From: Felis catus
Lineage: Eukaryota
Length of the DNA stretch: 64,000 nt
Direction: 5' to 3'
Assembly: GCF_018350175.1 (NCBI RefSeq)
Contig: NC_058368.1
Location: forward strand, 237,400,001-237,464,000
The translations under genes were made by a program, and so were the position numbers. A model generated the notes under the pieces. It had not been told where the DNA came from, ran no database searches, and saw only the letters and a program-made list of their open reading frames with translations. Of the stretch, positions 37,961 through 50,755 are shown in pieces (position 1 is the stretch's first letter; each line of letters opens with the position of its first letter).

Positions 37961-39914
37961 AGTTAGGTCGAGGGTCGGACACCCGTTTCATCCAACAGTT
38001 TTGGGGGCGGCTCTGCTCTTTCCCCTGTGCTGTTCCTTGACTTTGTTTTCTCTTCTTTTCCCCGGGATCGTGGAAGTGATGATAGCACGTGTCGATCATG
38101 TCAAACTACGGCTCTCCCTCTTTCGCCCACCTACTTGTGTGTTGTTAGCTTTGTTATAATTAGAATATATCGACTTATTCTCGACACGGTTAAAACTAAC
38201 TAAAATTGTAATAGGAGTAGGAGGTTTGCAAGAATAGACCAAGAATGCCAGTGACAAAAAATCATCAGGGGCCCACATTACACAAGCGACAGAGCCTCAA
38301 ATCAATGCGGTTGCTTATTCTTGGCCGACCAGTGCCATAGACCCTGGCAGGCAGGCCTGGGTGGAGGGGGTGGTCTCATGTCTGTGCCCACAGGCAGAGG
38401 GTCTGTCCTGGGCAGGGGGATGCCTGTGCCCCCAGAACTCTGCAAAAGCCCTGGATGTGAGCCAGGCCCTGCCCCATCACCATGGAAACCTTGCAACATC
38501 CTCGGTGCTAGGGCACATCGAGTACGAGTGCGATTTATAGGAAAAGCGCTGCTCTATTTGAAGAAGTCATAATTACCACTCTTTGGCCCTTCAACAACTA
38601 GAAAACTACACAGACATTGAAGACACATCTCTACTTGGGGTCAGAATTCTTAAAATAATAGTAGTGTTGAGTTTCAGGTTCCAAAAGTATTTGTATAGGA
38701 ACGTTGGTTGGTGACAGTTTATCTTAAAAACTCCTCCTCCTAATACAATATTGTTTTGAATCATTTAGGAAAGAAATGATAGATAAAAACACACTTGCAT
38801 TTTCATTGAGTTTCTCCTCCCCAAAAGTCCACTTTTGTATATGGTTAAATTAATTACAGGATTCTGTTCATTTCCTCTCCGTTTCAGTTTCCAGTCTCAG
38901 AAATCATTAACCGCTCATTTGAAATACAATTTAAGAAAGAAATCATCCGTTCTGTTGGAATAGATATGTGTCTATTGTAAAACGTTCTAACAGGAGAATA
39001 CATTATAATACAATAAATTAATCCTTAAATGCTAGTATCTCAGTGTTCTGAGGGGGGGGGGGAATGAGAATTTGCTTTTATTTTTTTTTACAAGACAGTT
39101 AAAGGACAGGAAGATATTCCCCCGGGCGAGGCTGGCATGGCTAGAGAGAGACTGAAATGGGTGGAGCTGAGGGGCGCAGGCGGGAACTGGCACCCCGCAC
39201 GACTGCCGGTTCTGCATGAGGGATTAGCAGACGAGGCGGGTGCTCTCGGGCCGGAGGGTGACAGGGTGCCAGCCCTCTCAGGCCCCCACGAGTGGTAAGA
39301 GCACCAGTGCCCCCCATCTTGAATACGTGCACATTAAAGCCACATTTCCTTGGGGTACATATTGTCGAGAGTCCCGTGGCACCTGAACAGGGACCACATT
39401 TGCCCAAACAAGTGCGGGATTTTAAACGGTGCTGATTACGTTGAACAAAAGACAAACCTTTGGCAACATTGTGAGAGAGATGCCATGCCTCTTGAAAGCG
39501 TTTCACTTCTCTGCTTCCTTTCTCCACGTTGCCCCCGAGACCCAGGATCTTCCGGACCCTGCAGCCATCCCAAGGCAGCATCCCTCCACCCAGGGCCACC
39601 CCCTCTGTGTGGGCGGCTCCATGTGGGGTCTGCAGGCTCCTGAGACAGCCTGAAGGGAGGGCTGGGATCTGAGTGCGAGTGAGCAGAGGCACAGGGCTGT
39701 GTCTTTCAGCTAAATTGTGTGATGTGGGCCTTTGCCCAGGGGATCAGAGGGCTGGTCCTTCTGTGGGCCGCGGTGAGCCGTCCTTCAGCACCTGCAGAGT
39801 CACCCTTAGCCGGCCCACCTTCCTCTCCTTGAGCCCCTGTACCCTGGTACTCTCCGGCAGCCCCAGGCACACTGATTTACGAATGCATCTGTTTCCTATT
39901 TCAAAAGTATCCTG

Positions 39915-40275
39915 ATGTTATCAGTAGAATTGTGTCCGGCCTGTGAGAGGTATGTGGACGTCCTGACTCCCCATACCTGTGAACGTGACCTTATTTGGTA
40001 AGGCGTAGTCAAGGTGAAGGCATTTGGGTGGGCCGGAGCCACTGTGACTGGAATCCTTAAACCACGGAGCTCGGGGCCCGTCGCCAGCACCAGCAGCTGG
40101 AATTGCTGAGCCGACGCGGCAGCCAGGGTCGCAGAGGGAGCACGGCTCCGCACGCAGCCGGACCCCAGATGCTGGACCTCCACGTCGTGACACAGTTGTT
40201 TCTGTTGCCGGAAGGGAGCCTCCAGCGCCTGCATCCTCATTGTGGCAAAACAGCACGCTAGTGAACCCGGGTACA
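39915..40275 (+). mobile_element. MLT1C/D-like MaLR solo LTR, GC-shifted
   Basis: gtcctgactccccatacctgtgaacgtgaccttatttggtaa, gggtgggcc, cagagggagcacggc. Confidence 0.7.
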
Positions 40276-42502
40276 AAACCACATACGCCACGTAAAAATA
40301 CCCAAAGGAAGTTCGACGTCACTTCAACTATATGGAAGGCTTTCTAACAGAAACCAAACAGTTTTGACGTCTGTCCCGGCAACTCTTGCGTGTGTAGAGC
40401 TCCGTGGGACCCGATCTCCGTTCTCCCCATCTTCGTCCGGGACTGAAGCGATCTGCAGAAAAGTTTTGTTTTGTTTCTGTTTTCGTGCAGAAACGATCTA
40501 CTTCCTGCTGTACAGGCCCTTCCGTGCCCAGAATCTGAGCTCACCGGCCCCCTTCACATCTGGTTTTCCTCATGTGATCCATGCAGAGGAGATCAAGTAC
40601 GAGCCCCTGTTGACGAAACGGGCAAGGGTATCGTTTCTGTCCTGCTGAATGAGAAATGAACGAGCCACAGGCATCCGAGGAGAACACCCCCCTGCCCACC
40701 CCCCCGCCACGCCCCGTACCCTTGACCTCCTGGGCCAGGCCAGGCAGGGCCCCCGCTCCTGACCCCGTGCCTGGCCCGCCAGGGTCCTCGCTCGGCTGTG
40801 CTCTGGCTCCAGGCAGCTCCGGGAAGAAGGTAGGACCGTAGCCCTCCCGTGGCAAAGCTCCAGGTGCATACCCATCGTGCCGCTCCCGGCTGTGCAGGCT
40901 TTTACTATCTGCATATTTATTTCACCTCTTAAATGAAATCCAATTTGAGGCTATTAATATTAATGCACAGAGATAATTCTGATGATGAATTAATAAAACA
41001 CTTGGCCTCTCAATGTGCTGTTTGCTCTTACATTTAATGACGCTCTTAACTGGAAGGAGGAAGGAACAGGGCAGGCTCCACCCGGAGCCTGGAAATTAGA
41101 AGCCACTTCATTGTTTTGAGCTCGCGGCTTTAATGACAATCAATAGAATCGATCTGGGAGAAGAAAAGTATTTACTCAGTCTCTCCCACGTGCTACACTC
41201 CTCGCTATTTGGATTTCTCAAGCATCATCTGAACGCAGTATTTCATCAGGGTCCTACGTGTGCTAATGAATTACACGCTAAATGACTTTTTCACACACAC
41301 ACCCCCCCCCCCCGCATGGTTATGGCACCACAAAACATTGCTCTCCCGTAACAGCATCGGACGAACAGTGCAGGTAGGGCAGGAAGGGTGGCCTTGCCAC
41401 AGAATCAAAAAGTCATGTCAATTGTAGATGGATTCACTTGCAAAATGGATGTCATCCCAGGCCCTCCGTTTTCCAAAAATAATTCCTGGCCGGTGGGCTC
41501 TTACTGTTCAAATAAAGATAATTTACGTTCACACCCTGCCGGATTAGTCATTTAGATGCAATTAACTTAACTAGATCTAGCATTAAAACTTCAGCTAAAC
41601 ACACGTTCGCTTCAACAGTCATTCAACAAATATGTGTTAAAGTCCCCTAATTAGGGTGGTTTCTCAGTTGATTGAAAACAACAACATCCACAGTCTATTG
41701 TTCTTGGAAGCCCTCCCAGACGCAGGCACATTCCTGCCCAAAACGCAGCCCGGGCCTCTGCCCCGTAAGGAAGGGACGATTACCCATCTTACCAGGAATG
41801 AAAATTAAGACCTCACATGGAAGCCATTAATACAAAGCCAAGCACTAAAAAGAACTAAAAAAGAAACAGGCTCACTCGATATGGGAGCGCATCTCAAAAC
41901 AGGAATCTCCGCGCAAATTAAGTGACGGCAGGCAAGACACAGCACCAGCCGGCTCTTTCTCAACTTGCGAAAGAGATGTTTTTAAAGCCCATTTAAATTT
42001 TAGGGGGGACCTGCAGGATGAGACCAAATCTATTTAGGGCAGAATTGATTTGTTCACTGTCATTTACAAGGGGCTTCCTAGTGTTTATTCTTCTATTAAA
42101 TTGGAACGAGCTGTTACATGGGGAGCAAGCCACGGGTGTGTGTTTGCCTCGCAGTGTTTAAAGGCCATCTGCTTGAGATCCGAAGCCTCGCTCGGTTTGT
42201 CTCTATTGCAAGATGAAAGGGGGCTGAGTTTTAATCACTGGTGAGCGCGCACGTTCAGGGAAGTAGCAGGGACGGGGAGCCGGTGGGGCCAGGTGGACGC
42301 GGCCGCACGAGGAGCTTTTGGAGACGCGCTTTCTAAAGGGTGCGACAGCCTCAGCCGAGCCGTCGTCGGCCGTCAGAGATGCTAACCTCAGAGGGTCTGT
42401 TCGTCGGAGTGCATTACCGTTACCAAATCCAGCATCGTGGAAAACAGGCTTTTGAGGGGACGTCGTGGCCGGTGCATCGACAGTTACCGACCCCAGGGAA
42501 TG

Positions 42503-42640
42503 AGCACACAACACACGCAGGTGCCCACGCGCGCACACACACGCACGCACACCCAGGCACGCGCGTGCACACACGTCAAATATCTATACATATGGTACAT
42601 GTATAAACTTCCTGCAAACAAAATGCACACACACACAATG
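42503..42640. repeat. Degenerate (CA)/(CG)/(TA) microsatellite
   Basis: cacacgcaggtgcccacgcgcgcacacacacgcacgcacac... low-complexity tract. Confidence 0.75.
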
Positions 42641-45436
42641 TTTTCAGTGTTTGTTGGCCGTTTAACCACCTTAAGACGTGCTCCGAATTACTGTGACTCA
42701 CTACTTCTCATCTACGGACAAATGGAGCCGTCATACGAGTCTAGAAAGTCACGCACGATGTAAAAGACCAAAAGGCCTCACTTATCATTAGTGTAAACTC
42801 ACGGGCACTAGACAGAGCGGTGGCTGCGGAGGAACGTGAGGGAAACGTGGCTGGCAGCCGTCTCCAAAAGGCTGAGATTCGATCTCCACCAGCCACCGAA
42901 TTTCCGACCTGAGAAGAGCTGACGCCCGCAATATCCGTTGGTTTGTAATTGTGCATTCTACTCATCTGCGACCCAAACAGGAGATTTTGGAGATTAAACA
43001 TATTAATAGTTAATAACAGAGACATGCATGGACTTTAGGACCAGTGTCTTTGGTTTAAAAGAAAAAGGAGAACAGCCCTTCACACGCGATGTAGGGAGGA
43101 CCAAGCCGCCGCTTGCCCTGGGGGTCAGGCTGGTTGACGGGAAGGGCGGTCTTGCGGGCGGTGGGAGAACCACCGAGGCCACCCTTGCGGTGGCCCCCGG
43201 GGACCCGCTCCGGAGTCCGCTCCCAGCCTGGGGCAGAGCTCTGCTGTTTGCCGGCCGTGCAGAGGGCAGCTCGGGACACCTGCACTTGACCAACATGCAT
43301 CCGGAACTCTGTTCAAATGGCTCCATTTTTCCACGAAGTCTTTTTGGAAAAGGTGTGGCATAAACACACGAATACATAAAATAAAATGAAATGGAGTAAA
43401 ATAAAATAAAAATATTTTCCGTCTCCTACCACCATGCACCGTGGCTCCACGGATCAGATTTATGCTGGAGGGGGGGAGATAGCAAATGAAAAATGAAAAA
43501 CAATTTCATATTTTAAATTTATGAGACTGGAGGATAATATATCACTTTTTTTTTTCTCCTCAAGCTCACTGCAATAAATTGTCTATAGCCTGCTCGGCAT
43601 GTTTTCTGTGTCACTCACATGGGCTCAGTTTCAGTTAAAGCTGTGAGTCTCAACTAAATTGTTCATTTCAAAAGCAGCACTGCATAGTTAATTATTTGGG
43701 GGAAGAGCCTGTCCGATTTTTCTAGACATAGACAGATAACGTAGAAAGAGAGAAAAGGCAGACGGGAGCCTCGCACGGCACCTCCCACCCTCGGTGTCTA
43801 TAAAATGCTTTCCCCAAGCTTCGAGGTGATGAAAAGGACAGAGGAAGGCGTCTAAATCAGCTGAGCTTGATATGATGCCAAAGCCTTTGGCTAAACAGAG
43901 ATTGACTTAATTCTTTCAATAATGACTTTGGTCTGGAGTGCTTCTCCACCACAAGAGGGAGAGACCCAACAGAACAGAGAAAATCTCCTCAGTCGAGTTA
44001 TCTTGACTCTGCTCCAGGCAAAACCTAGAAATATTTTTTTAATCGAGATTCTCTACAGCAGCCCTTTCCAAATGCCAGTATCCATCATCGCTGACTGGAT
44101 CAATATCTGTGTTTTGGCCCCAGTCTCCTGCGAGAGATGGTTTGCCATCAGTGATAGACAAATATCACAGTTAAGCAAAGTATCCAGCCAGACCCAGTAA
44201 CATTTTTATTGATTTTTGTTGTGCAAATAATGTCTTTTTGGGCTGAATAAATGGCTTTGAGCCAAACAGTCATTGTTTATGATTCCAAAATGCAATAAAG
44301 GGACAGGAAATATATTATGGCCAATGTCTCAAGGCACACAACATAATCATCCTTTGGTAGTAAAAACCTAGCCATCTGAAACCAAGAGTGCATATACTTA
44401 TCCATGCTTAAAGGTGCTTGTAGGGCTTGCAAATCTTACACAAAATGTCCTGTTAGGAAACAGATGGTTTTGCCCTTTAACCTATTGAACAACTACTAGA
44501 AGACCAAGCAAAAAAAAATAAGCACCATATTTCTTCAATCAATACAAAGAAAACAGTTTATTATACTCCCTTCGAATGAAATATCAAAGTTGCCAAAACA
44601 GCATCCATTCACTTCCAGAGAAAACACATCAAGAAACCCCCTGACTTTATCAAATGCCGTAAAATCGGAAAATATTTTAGGAAGGTTTTTTTTTTTTAAA
44701 ACTCAAAGGGATTGTGAGCTTGTTCCATGTGGCGGTTCAGCAGAAAGTTGGCCACGCAAGATCGGCCCCCGAACTACAAGTCGCTTGTGCGTGTTAATTT
44801 TGGCCTCCTTATCTTTAGACAGCCTGGTTCCCCAAAGGGGTCGCTGAGGTGGGCTCCCTACTCACGTTCTGTGTACAGGGTGGTTGCCACACTTTTGCAT
44901 CCAGACCATAGCGGAATCGTGGTTCTGAGGGTCGTTCCCACGCATCCACAGAGACGGCGGTCGTGAGCTGGGCGGCTCCACACTGAGGAGCCATACAGTC
45001 ATGCTGGGTCCCTGCGAGAACTCCACCTCCGGGGAGCAGCACGATCCGGGGGGGGGGGGGGGGGCTGGACAGCCTGCAGTCTCGCAGAAGCGAGCGTGCA
45101 TTCCAAACCACGGGATCACTCAGCTCTTTAGGTCCCGCCACGGACACACGCACAGAAAAGGAGGAATTCAGCTGCACCTATGGTCTATATGTGCTGAGAT
45201 TTATTCTTGTACCTAATATCATCGTTTGATTCGTGCTTTCACTTTTCGGGAGTATAAGGCTTATTTAAAGAATAAACAAGCAGTTATATCCTACTTTACT
45301 CATTTATTTATACATGGCTACTATTGAATTACTTTTTCATGAACTAAAGCATTCAGTTTTCTCAAAGAGCATTTCTTGTACCATCAGAACACACTCAAGG
45401 CAAAAAACACGGTTGCTCAGAAATTATATTTAAACA

Positions 45437-45658
45437 GGGGCGCCTGGGTGGCTCCGTCGGTTGGGCGGCCGACTTCGACTCAGGTCACGATCTCGTGGTC
45501 CGGGAGTTCGAGCCCCGCGTCGGGCTCTGTGCTGACAGCTCAGAGCCTGGAGCCTGCTTCGGATTCTCTCTCTCTCTCTCTCTCTCTCTCTGCCCCTCCC
45601 CTGCTCATGCTCTGTCTCTGTCTCAAAAAGAAGTCAACATTAAAAAAAAATTTTTAAA
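45437..45658 (+). mobile_element. SINEC_Fc-like CAN-SINE
   Basis: Full head, (CT)n tract and A tail. 17-bp TSD agaaattatatttaaac (45419-45435) / agaaaatatatttaaac (45659-45675), one mismatch. Confidence 0.97.
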
Positions 45659-46016
45659 AGAAAATATATTTAAACTTGCAATTAAGTACCATAACATTAC
45701 AAACGGTATTCTTCTGTTAGAACATATCCCTCTGTTGAGGATAATATATCCCTGTGTATTGGACAGAATGTTCTCTTCGTAAGCAGTGCTTTATTATTAT
45801 ATGTTTACACGCATAACAAAATGAGCTTTCGCATGCACATACATGAGGGAATGTTTGGTAACAGGATGCCGTGTCCTCGAGAAAGTCACGCTCGTGCTCA
45901 CGCTCTCCCTCTAGCCGACACCAGCACTGAACAGTGGCGTTCTTTGGAATCCAAGCCCGTCTGACAGCTAAAATTTATCTCACAATTTTAAGTTTTATTT
46001 TTCTCATTTCTATATA

Positions 46017-46250
46017 TTTTTAACTTTTTTAAATTTTTTGTAATGTTTTTATTTATTTTTGACAGAGAGAGAGAGAGACAGAGCACGAGCAGGGGAGGGG
46101 CAGAGAGAGAAGGAGACACAGAATCCAAAGCAGGCTCCAGGCTCTGAGCTATCAGTGCAGAGCCCGACGCGGGGCTCAAGCTCACGGAGCGTGGGATCAT
46201 GACCTGAGCTGAAGTCAGACGCTTAACCGACTGGGCCACCCAAGTGTCCC
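46017..46250 (-). mobile_element. SINEC_Fc-like CAN-SINE
   Basis: T tail, gagacacagaatccaaagcaggctccaggctctgagct, head ending gccacccaagtgtccc. Confidence 0.96.
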
Positions 46251-46419
46251 TGTTATATTTTTTCTTTATGACAGGTTTTCTCATTATTTCACATGGGGAA
46301 TAAAAGTCCTTTATCAGCCATGGGGGGGAGGGGAGGGAGGGCACCGGGCGGGGGGGGGGGGTGGACACGACTTGGTCCTGTTATGTTCTTTGACTGTCAA
46401 TATGTTGATGGTATTGATT

Positions 46420-47370
46420 ATTTTACATACTGAATGATTTTGCTTTTCTTTTTAATTGAGTGCCCTGTCGGTCTCTTAGGGCTCTGTCTCCAATGTCATT
46501 CTGAGTATTCTGAGGAAGACAGACGCACTCTCTGCTCTCACGGGGACGTCCTCTGTCCTTCTCACTCCGAACTCAGACCCGCCGGAGGTTTGCTTTAGCA
46601 TGAGGTGTGCAAGAGAGAGCTGGTGGCATGTTCCTCAATGCTGACGAACACGTGGCCCTTTTCTGGACCATTCCAAATGCTTCATTTGTCATCAGTGGAA
46701 CGTTTTGCTGGAATTCAGACTGTTTCCGGTATTTCCACCCTGCTTTCTCTCTCTCTCTGTTTCTCCCACTCCCGTCTCTGCTTTCATCGTGCTGCTGGTT
46801 GAGTACACGGCCTCTCTCAGCATTCCTTTCAACGATCTGAATCGTGACAGCCATTTTGCCTTTTCCGTGAACCGTAGCGTTTGACTGGACTCCCATAGTA
46901 TTTATAAATTAGCTCAGGGAACGGCGGCATCTTCTCGTGCCGAGTCTCGTCCAGGAACCGGGTGCTTTCCTCCCCAGTCCTTGGCTTCCCTTCAGATCGG
47001 GTGGTTTTCTTCCTGGACATCCTGTGTGTTTGTGTACCATTTGCTTCTCAGCGCCCTTCAGGTTCTGTTGTTACCGGAGGGGAGCTCCTTTCCCACCATC
47101 TTGCCTCCCTGGCTCTTACATGAGCGCCTTGCACCGTCCCCTGCATCATTCTGGACCCAGACCCTCTGCTGAGTTTCTCCTAGAACGTGCGGTTTTCACT
47201 GCCTCTCTGGAGACCTTTAGGTGAACAGCCATTTTCCGAAAATGATGGGACTCTTTTCTCTTTCTTTCCAGCATGGTAACTTGTTTTGCGTTAATGCCTA
47301 GGACCTCCAGAATAACAGTCCATGACGGTTGAGCAGTTGATCACACCTAGTGAGGGGTGCTTGCCCAACA
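46420..47370 (-). mobile_element. Ancient L1M ORF2 fragment, GC-shifted
   Basis: Minus-strand translation KMPPFPELIYKYYGSPVK (ORF 46829-47020) resembles L1 ORF2 KMSILPKLIYRFNAIPIK. Also ctaggacctccagaataa at ~47298. Confidence 0.75.
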
Positions 47371-48429
47371 GCTGTAACCTCCGATTTCCTCCTGGGAGCC
47401 GGGAGGCTGGCGTGTGCTGGGGGAGAGAACAACACTCTTCCAAATCCAGTTTGCTCCTTTGTAGGTGGCGTGTGAGGACGGCAGCATAAACCCAACAAAC
47501 AGGTCTGAAAATAGAGCCCAACACGCAGAATCCAGGCACCTGCTGGGCTCCGTCCCAGAGCACATCGAATGGTAGTTTCATGTTAGTATTAATTGTGGCT
47601 TTCATTACTGAGTTTTCACTACTGAGATGAGGAAATACATATTCCAAATTCAAAAATCTGTGTCAGTGATACGCGCAGGTCACATTTTGAACTATTCAGT
47701 TCAAACTACTCATTTTGAAGACAATACAGAGAAAAATTATAGTTAGCCCAGGATGTCCACCCATTGGAGTGATCTGGCCGACCCACATCCCGTTTCTTTC
47801 CTACAGGCTCTAATGTCAGGCACGAGACATTGTCAGAAACCTTGTGCCTGAGAAATTTGCTCCTTTGTCTTTTAGGGCTTTTACCCCATGAGGTGTGTAA
47901 GTCACCACGTCCTAGTTCCCTTCTGCGGTCACACCCGAGAGAAACGCTTTCTGGCATCTTTGTCCCTACAGACCAGGTTACAGGTGCTTCGCCTCCACAC
48001 ACCCGACGGATCCGTGCGACACTCGCTGTTCCCGTTACAGAGATAGTGGGACCTGCAGAGAAGGCAGGATTTCCTCCAGTCCAGCAACTCTCACCTCGTC
48101 GGCCCTGTAAACCTAGAAACAAACTTCTCTTCTTACTCTCTCCCTCCACACACATGTTCACCTGTGCTTTTTTACACACATGGCAAGCTTCATCGGACCC
48201 AACACTAAAGAGGAAAGACAACATTCAGTGATGAATATGGGGAGTCTACAGAATTTTGATCAATTCTCATGGGTTAGGTTCATCACCCCAGTCATATTTA
48301 AGAAGGAATATCTATACCTCTGTTGGCATTCTCAAAGCACTATGATTTCTTTCAGGATGGGTAAAAAGAAAATTTAGGCTATTATAAGTCTGAATATTGC
48401 ATGCACATTGAAGAGATAATACTGAGACC

Positions 48430-48950
48430 CCAACCCCCAGACGGAGACCTATGTCCACGCAAAGACTCGTGTGTGAATGTTCAGCGAGCGTTAGTCACGG
48501 CAGCGCAAAAGGGAAATCCAGCCACGTGCCATCAACTGGCAAACGAATGCACAAAATGCAGAATATCCATGTGCGGAATGCTACGCGGCTGTGAAAAGGA
48601 TCGCGGTACCAATCCCCAGCACGGGGAAGTCCGAACAGCATTACGCTACATAGAAGAAGCTGATCACAGAAGTTACGCATCTATGGCACACCTCCGTTTA
48701 CCTGAAAAGCCCAGACAAGACCAATCCGTAGGGAAAGAAAGGTTAGTGGTTGCCAGGGGCTGGAGGTGAGAATGGGGCCATATCTACACATGAACACCTG
48801 CTTTCTTTTTCGGGTGATTTACGTGTTCTACCACTAGACCAGTGGTGGCCGCATAGCTCTCTACATTTGCGGAAAATCATTAGCTCGTAACCCTTTAAAT
48901 GCGTGAATTTTATGGTACATAAATTGTATTTCAATAAAGTCATTTTGAAA
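48430..48950 (+). mobile_element. L1MB-like 3' end fragment
   Basis: tatgtccacgcaaagactcgtgtgtgaatgttca, ggttagtggttgccaggggctgg, gtgaattttatggtacataaattgtatttcaataaag. Confidence 0.85.
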
Positions 48951-49084
48951 AGGGATACTAACTGCTAATTTGTGTCTCAACAATTCTTTACGAAACACTA
49001 ACCTTTCGGAAGTTTTCTGTTAAAGTTTCTCTCATAGAGTCTTTTAGTGCATGAAGGTAGGTAGGAGGCGTGCAGTCAGCAGAC

Positions 49085-49505
49085 CAGGAATGAGTCAAAG
49101 CTTTGGTGTATAACCTTGGGCAATTTACTGTGTATTTTTATGGACCCCTTTCCTTGTCTATAAAACAGGGACACCAGTAACTGCCTAGACACTCCCCCTT
49201 CAGTCTCTGGATGGGAAATAACAAATGCTTGCACTTGGTATGTGGTCAGACTCGGCAAACGTAGCTATTTAATCCACAGGGTTTCCATGGTGGTGCATGG
49301 CAGAGGAGGAGGGATGAGAAGTGCACCACGGGCACCCAAGCTCCACGGTGGGCCAGCTGTGCAGCCAGTAGCTGACGGTCTGAACCCCAGTTCCACCACC
49401 TGGACTCCAGGGGTCCCACAGCATGTTGTGGGCTCAAAAGTAATAACATAAAAGCACTTACCACAGGCTCTGGCACACAGCGGGTGCCTAATCAATGCTG
49501 ATGTT
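49085..49505 (+). mobile_element. Two tandem MIR fragments
   Basis: tgtataaccttgggcaatttact...ttccttgtctataaaacaggga and aaagcacttaccacaggctctggcacacagcgggtgcctaatcaatg. Confidence 0.65.
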
Positions 49506-49722
49506 TTTCAATCAGGCTGCCTTTTGAAGCAAAAAAAAAAAAAACCATAAAAAGTATTGACTGATGCTACCTCAAGTATTTAAGCAATAAACACACACCT
49601 TGAGTGTAGCCATCTAATTAAAGAGACACGGATATTTTATTATTGATGCTCTGTATCCACAGTAGTTCCAGCAGGTGGGTTTCATAACATCAGTTAGATT
49701 ACCCATGCATCCCCACCTCTGC

Positions 49723-49724
<2 letters not shown>

Positions 49725-49762
<38 letters not shown>
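49725..49762. repeat. (CA)19 microsatellite
   Basis: Pure CA run. Confidence 0.97.
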
Positions 49763-49765
<3 letters not shown>

Positions 49766-49894
49766 TCAGGGACTAAAATACCAAAACCTGGCAGGGAATT
49801 TCAGAAGGCTTTATGGTCTAGGTCTACTGGGTGTTGGAAAATCTGTCCCAATGGCATGGAAAAGCTGGGCAAAAACAAGTGTAAAAGTAGCGTC

Positions 49895-50755
49895 GAGATT
49901 CCCTGACACACTGGAAGGGGCCAAAATCCGGAACATTGACATCAAATCCTGATGATGGAGCCACAGGAGCTCTCGCTCACCCCTAGTGGAAATGAGAAGT
50001 ATTGCAACTGCTCTGGAAGGCAGTTTGCTGGTTTCTTACAAAACTAAACCTACTCTCACCACGTGGTCCAGCAGCCGTGCTCCTTGATGTTTATCCGAAG
50101 GAGTTGAAAACCTATGGCCACAAAAACCCACACGTGGATGTTTACAGCAGCTTCATGCGTAATGTCCCAAATGCGGGAGCAACCAAGATCCCTTGCAGTG
50201 GGTGGTGGGTAAATAAACTATAGTCCAAGCAGACAATGGAGTATTACTCAGCACTAAAAAGAAATGGGCTTTCGAGGCACCAGGAGAGATGGCGGAAACT
50301 TAAACGCATATTACTAGGTGAAAGAAGGCAATCTCAAAAGGCTCCACACTGTATGGCTCCGACCGTATGATGTTCTGGAAAATGCACAACTCTGGAGACA
50401 GTAAAAGGCTGAGGGATTTCCCGGGGTTGGGGGCCAAGGAAGGATGCAGAGGTGGAGTGTGGAGGGTTTTCAGGGCAGTGGAAATACTCTGCATGACACT
50501 GTAACCCCAGATACACGACATTACACATTTGTCCAGACTCATGGAGCATACCGCGGTAGGAATGAGTCCGCTGCGAACCGTGGACTTTGGGCGATAATGG
50601 TGTGTTCCTGTAGGTTCATCCATCATAGCAAATACCCCGCTCTGCCAGGGGATGTTCACAGTGAGGGAGGGTGTCGTGGGGGTAGGTGCTGTATGCGAAA
50701 TCTCTGCATCTTCCTTTCAGTGCTGCTGGAACCCCCAAAAAACAGTCCTTTAAAA
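49895..50755 (+). mobile_element. L1MC-like 3' end fragment
   Basis: ggcagtttgctggtttcttacaaaactaaac, aaggagttgaaaacctatggccacaaaaacc, ttctggaaaatgcacaactctggagacagtaaaagg, tggactttgggcgataatg. Confidence 0.9.

Noticed and set aside
40461..40633. Possible + strand exon (polypyrimidine tract and cag at 40488-40490; gtatcg donor at 40628)
   Set aside because: The donor is weak, the peptide is unrecognisable and there are no partner exons. Unsupported without RNA-seq.
30180..50755. Similarity between 30.2-30.9 kb and 49.9-50.75 kb as a segmental duplication
   Set aside because: Both are independently diverged L1MC-like 3' ends, and the similarity does not extend into the flanks.
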